The notes under the pieces are model-generated. The model did not search any database. It saw only the letters and a list, made by a program, of their open reading frames with translations, and was not told where the DNA came from. 21,157 nt of DNA from a virus. The DNA lies in UHGV virus genome UHGV-0323647. One strand, given 5' to 3'. Positions 17,697-21,157 of the stretch are shown here, piece after piece. The number at the start of each line of letters is the position of its first letter. Position 1 is the first letter of the stretch. The translations under genes and the position numbers were made by a program.

Positions 17697-19475
17697 ATGA
17701 CAGATTCAATAAATGCCAATGTTGTAGTTAGCATGCCTTCGCAACTCTTCACTATGGCGCGTTCTTTTAAAGCCGTAGCCAATGGCAAAATTTATATCGG
17801 TCAGGTTGACACTGACCCGGTAAATCCAGAAAACCAGATTCAGGTTTATGTGGAGAGCGAAGACGGTTCTCACGTTCCTGTTTCTCAACCAATCATCATT
17901 AACGCTGCTGGTTACCCTGTATATAACAGACAGATTGCCAAGTTCGTAACTGTACAGAATCACTCCATGGCTGTGTATGATGCGTATGGTGCACAACAAT
18001 TCTATTATCCTGATCTACTGAAATATTCTCCAGACCAGTTAAGGGCTGAGCTTTCTGGCCCTGATGGCGCATCTCTGGTTGGTTATGGAGATGAAACTGT
18101 CAAAGATGCTCTTGACAATAATGCCCATAAAATAGACACATTGAGGAGTGACTTGGCTGCTGATGATGGCTTTCGCCACATAGGCAACTTTCTCAATTTA
18201 GAGGCGCTGAGGGATTCAATGCCATTAGTTGCTGGAGAAATTGTTTATGTAGCTTCAGCAGCAAGTGCTACAGCAACTGAAAAACATTATGGTGGTGGGT
18301 ATTTCCAGTCTTTCGACAATAGCACATCACAGATTGCCGATGATGGAGGGATTGTTATTGTTCCATCAACTGGAACGTTGGCGTGGCGTCGCATTAATTT
18401 CACGGCCTACGATATGCAGTTTTGGGGGGTTAAGCCTGATGGTGCGACGGATAACGCGGAAGCCATTACGAAGGCGACGCAGTATGCAAAAGATAATCAT
18501 GTTGAACTTGTATTCCCTGCTGGTAATGTAAAGTCCTCACAAGCATTTCCTTTTTACTCCAGAATGTCAGTAAGGGGAGCCGGCAGAGAAAGCTCATTTT
18601 TCAGTAAAACAACAAATAACAAGTTTACCATTACATCAGAGGTGGAAGTAGACGCGCTCATTGTATTCATTCCTGATGTTTATGACCCAAGTGGCGTAAC
18701 TATTGATACATTTTGCTTTAAACCAAAACTTGAGGGCATTACTTTCCAGAGAGATGATTTGACTTCAGATAACATGTGTTACTACAGCGTGTGGGCAGAA
18801 AAATTAGCTGCTCCAATCATGAGGGATTTAAATTTTATAGGGCATTATATCGGAATGTATGGTAAAAACTGGTTTTTATTTGAGGCAACATCTGTTCAGT
18901 TTTTAGGAGTGAACGGTAGAACTTTCCAAGGCATAAGTTGCTTAAATTTGAGTGGGCCAACATACTTCCTTTCAGGAACAAGCCTTAACTGGAATCTTGT
19001 AAGTGTTGTAAACGCACAAAATGCCTACGAAATTTCAGGGCAGCAGTATAGTCATCTTAATAACTGTACAGCAGAAGGAATTAAACCAATGCCAGGAGAG
19101 ACACTTGCCACTGCATTCCGTTTTAAGAATCCTACATCAATAACTTTAACCTCATGCGGAACTGAAAATGTTCAGGGAGAACAATTCAGGATAGAGATGG
19201 CGCCCACACCATCATTTAAAGGTTCGGTTGTAATCAATAACTTTCAAGTTGTGGATCAGGTCAATCCATCCACGCCAACTAAATTTTTTGTTATTGATTC
19301 TGCTAATGTTGGTACATTATCCGTATCATTAATTGGTGGTGAATTAACAAGAAACACTACGCTATCAAACCTACAACAACCAACCGTATCAGGCACAAAC
19401 TGTGTGTTAAATAATGTTGGGTGCTGGGTTGAGTCACCTTCTGTTTCTGGAGGCGCTGTCTACAAGACGCTTTAG
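17697..19475 (+). CDS. tailspike protein: P22-type head-binding N-domain fused to a divergent beta-helix-like receptor-binding/depolymerase body
   Basis: 592 aa. N-terminal roughly 110 aa ([59 protein letters not shown]...) match the P22 gp9 head-binding domain as I recall it. Downstream the sequence turns AT-rich and carries motifs typical of pectate-lyase-like tailspikes ([23 protein letters not shown]). Confidence 0.9.
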   Translation: MTDSINANVVVSMPSQLFTMARSFKAVANGKIYIGQVDTDPVNPENQIQVYVESEDGSHVPVSQPIIINAAGYPVYNRQIAKFVTVQNHSMAVYDAYGAQQFYYPDLLKYSPDQLRAELSGPDGASLVGYGDETVKDALDNNAHKIDTLRSDLAADDGFRHIGNFLNLEALRDSMPLVAGEIVYVASAASATATEKHYGGGYFQSFDNSTSQIADDGGIVIVPSTGTLAWRRINFTAYDMQFWGVKPDGATDNAEAITKATQYAKDNHVELVFPAGNVKSSQAFPFYSRMSVRGAGRESSFFSKTTNNKFTITSEVEVDALIVFIPDVYDPSGVTIDTFCFKPKLEGITFQRDDLTSDNMCYYSVWAEKLAAPIMRDLNFIGHYIGMYGKNWFLFEATSVQFLGVNGRTFQGISCLNLSGPTYFLSGTSLNWNLVSVVNAQNAYEISGQQYSHLNNCTAEGIKPMPGETLATAFRFKNPTSITLTSCGTENVQGEQFRIEMAPTPSFKGSVVINNFQVVDQVNPSTPTKFFVIDSANVGTLSVSLIGGELTRNTTLSNLQQPTVSGTNCVLNNVGCWVESPSVSGGAVYKTL

Positions 19476-19476
19476 A

Positions 19477-19506
19477 ATGAGAGGCGGGTAGCCGCCTCAT
19501 TTTTTG
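19477..19506. terminator. bidirectional intrinsic terminator shared by convergent tailspike and acyltransferase genes
   Basis: AATGAGAGGCGG-GTA-GCCGCCTCATT hairpin followed by TTTTT on the + strand. The minus-strand acyltransferase stop codon lies inside the stem. Confidence 0.7.
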
Positions 19507-20636
19507 ATGAATCTGTACTCTACATACTTAAACGTGTATGCAGTGACAATTGTTGTAATAGATACAAGAGATAGTATAAGCGTCCAAAATCCAACGGCAG
19601 ATATATTATTTAAATTGAATATAAAGCCAATAAATTTTATAACCAATGCGTTAATTATTAGGTGAAGAAGATAAGAGCTATAACTAGCCTCGCCAAGATA
19701 GACAAGAGGTTTAAATGTGAAAACGGAAGGCTTTGTCATTACAATTACATTAAATAGGAGAGTGGTTATTAAAAACCTTTCCCATCCATATCCGCTAAAC
19801 ATCGTGTAAAGTAAGTAAATAATAGTTAATGCTGAAGCAGCGGAAAAGAAATTGTTTGTTATCTTATTGCTACTTAACATTACAGATACCATTTTCATCC
19901 TATTGAAAAGAATGGCAGACAAAGCTCCAGATATAAAATAAACCCAAACAACCTGCCCAGAATACAAGTCATTTGCTGCATATCCAACTGAGAGCACAGA
20001 ACCGATAACTGCAATTGATTTGAATCTAATAGCTGCACATATCACTGGAAGCATGCAATAGAATTTCCATTCATATGGAAGTGTCCATATCACCGCGTTT
20101 AATGAGTAAGTCCTGAATCCATTCACCCATATATCACTTCCGAAAAATCCAAAGCCAAATAGATTTATTGCCTGCCTTGCTGTTGTAGTTAAATCCTGAC
20201 CACCATGCGACCACATCAATGTAAGAACTAGAACTATAGTTGATGCTATCATGTACATAGGAACAAGGCGTTTAACTCGAGATACGAAAAACATCTCCCA
20301 GTTAATTTTATTGCCTGTTTTTATGATCTTATCAAAGAATAAAAAACCTGTTATACAAAAGAAAATTTGCACACCAACATCACCAGCATGAGCGAAAACC
20401 CAGAAGTTAGATGTGTTAACTGATAATGGATTAAATCCATTATTTGACAGAGAAAATACAGCATGGTTTAAAACAACAAGAAGAGCCGCTATACCTCGAA
20501 TGCCATCAATATGAAGATAACGCTTCCCTGAGAAATCAATATGATTGTAAAAGTTAAAGCATACAAAGACTCTGTTTATTCCCATTGATGCCGCAAGACA
20601 TAACAAGGCAATCCCAATATTAAATAAAGTTTCCAT
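19497..20636 (-). CDS. oac: integral-membrane Acyltransferase-3 family protein; likely O-antigen O-acetyltransferase (serotype-conversion gene)
   Basis: 379 aa, many hydrophobic segments. N-terminal signature RYLHIDGIRGIAALLVVLNHAVF typical of Acyltransferase-3 proteins. Strongly AT-rich. Located between tailspike and integrase, where Sf6 carries oac. The symbol is by analogy, not proven orthology. Confidence 0.8.
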   Translation of the reverse strand: METLFNIGIALLCLAASMGINRVFVCFNFYNHIDFSGKRYLHIDGIRGIAALLVVLNHAVFSLSNNGFNPLSVNTSNFWVFAHAGDVGVQIFFCITGFLFFDKIIKTGNKINWEMFFVSRVKRLVPMYMIASTIVLVLTLMWSHGGQDLTTTARQAINLFGFGFFGSDIWVNGFRTYSLNAVIWTLPYEWKFYCMLPVICAAIRFKSIAVIGSVLSVGYAANDLYSGQVVWVYFISGALSAILFNRMKMVSVMLSSNKITNNFFSAASALTIIYLLYTMFSGYGWERFLITTLLFNVIVMTKPSVFTFKPLVYLGEASYSSYLLHLIINALVIKFIGFIFNLNNISAVGFWTLILSLVSITTIVTAYTFKYVEYRFIKK

Positions 20637-20887
20637 CTAGATCTCACATAACAAGTTGTCGCACAAATGTTAGCACATAGGCGAGTCAATAATAATCAGA
20701 AGGTTACAATCACGGTGATCGTTTATCAACAAAACTACTTAAAATAAGTAATACGGTAAATGCTTATCTTCATATGGATGCGAACAAAAGAGCTTTTACC
20801 AACCAGTACTTACTAAGCATTGTCAGCAGTGGACTGCATTCAGTTTGATGGCAGTACGGTTTTGATGAGACAACGCTGAGACACACA

Positions 20888-20923
20888 AAGCCTTGCACTG
20901 GATTACAAGGCTTTGTGCTTTTC
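20888..20923. other. perfect 9-bp inverted repeat (AAAGCCTTG / CAAGGCTTT) with 10-nt loop, 19 bp beyond the integrase stop; terminator or attP-associated structure
   Basis: AAAGCCTTG-CACTGGATTA-CAAGGCTTT followed by GTGCTTTT on the + strand. Lies in the non-coding gap between oac and int. Confidence 0.35.
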
Positions 20924-20941
20924 GATAGTGGTTAAGGTGGA

Positions 20942-21157
20942 TCACTCCACCTTTTCATCAAGCCAGTCCGCCCACCACTGCATCATTTCTCTGCGCTTAT
21001 CGAGATACTGAGCATGGTTGTAAATCCCGCGCACAGATCCGCCGTTGGCATGTGCCAGTTGCACTTCAATAGCATCAGCGGGCCATTCGTGCTCGTTCAT
21101 AATCGTGCTGAATTCATGCCTGAATCCGTGACCGCTTTCCAGACCCTCATAGCCGAT
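20942..21157 (-). CDS. int: tyrosine integrase, C-terminal catalytic end (5' part beyond window)
   Basis: The reverse strand translates without stops to ...GHGFRHEFSTIMNEHEWPADAIEVQLAHANGGSVRGIYNHAQYLDKRREMMQWWADWLDEKVE*. This contains the tyrosine-recombinase box (HxxR ... catalytic Y in RGIYNH) and a P4-family-like WADWLD C-terminus. Not in the supplied ORF track because the start lies outside the window. Confidence 0.85.
   Translation of the reverse strand: MGYEGLESGHGFRHEFSTIMNEHEWPADAIEVQLAHANGGSVRGIYNHAQYLDKRREMMQWWADWLDEKVE

Noticed and set aside
1-21157. Search for CRISPR arrays, tRNA/rRNA genes, insertion sequences and long tandem repeats
   Set aside because: No regularly spaced direct repeats, no tRNA-like cloverleaf or acceptor/T-arm signatures, and no transposase-like ORFs or terminal inverted repeats were seen by eye.

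Overview
This window reads as the late (virion) half of a P22-like temperate podovirus of Enterobacteriaceae, resembling the Sf6/HK620 type, in phage (attP-containing) gene order rather than integrated-prophage order. On the + strand, in order: the 3' end of the lysis cassette (Rz with embedded Rz1), three small unknown ORFs, terS, terL (Walker A GGRGSGKS), portal, scaffold, coat, a small ORF, gp4-/gp10-/gp26-like head-completion and tail-needle genes, a gp14-like gene, three ejection-protein genes (the last with an N-terminal lytic-transglycosylase-like domain), a roughly 2 kb AT-rich accessory island, and a mosaic tailspike. On the - strand follow an Acyltransferase-3 (O-antigen acetylase-like) conversion gene, about 300 bp of non-coding putative attP DNA and the 3' end of a tyrosine integrase. 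The most interesting locus is the accessory island (15602-17640). It holds a minus-strand membrane/coiled-coil gene with a perfect Shine-Dalgarno, divergent from a two-gene operon encoding a Panacea (DUF4065)-like protein plus a 140-aa protein with no recognisable domain, followed by about 400 bp bracketed by two look-alike intrinsic terminators with no convincing gene. I interpret this as a candidate lysogen-expressed toxin-antitoxin-like or phage-exclusion module that I cannot match to a named system. All homology statements come from motif recognition by eye and recalled family knowledge; no database search or computation was run.
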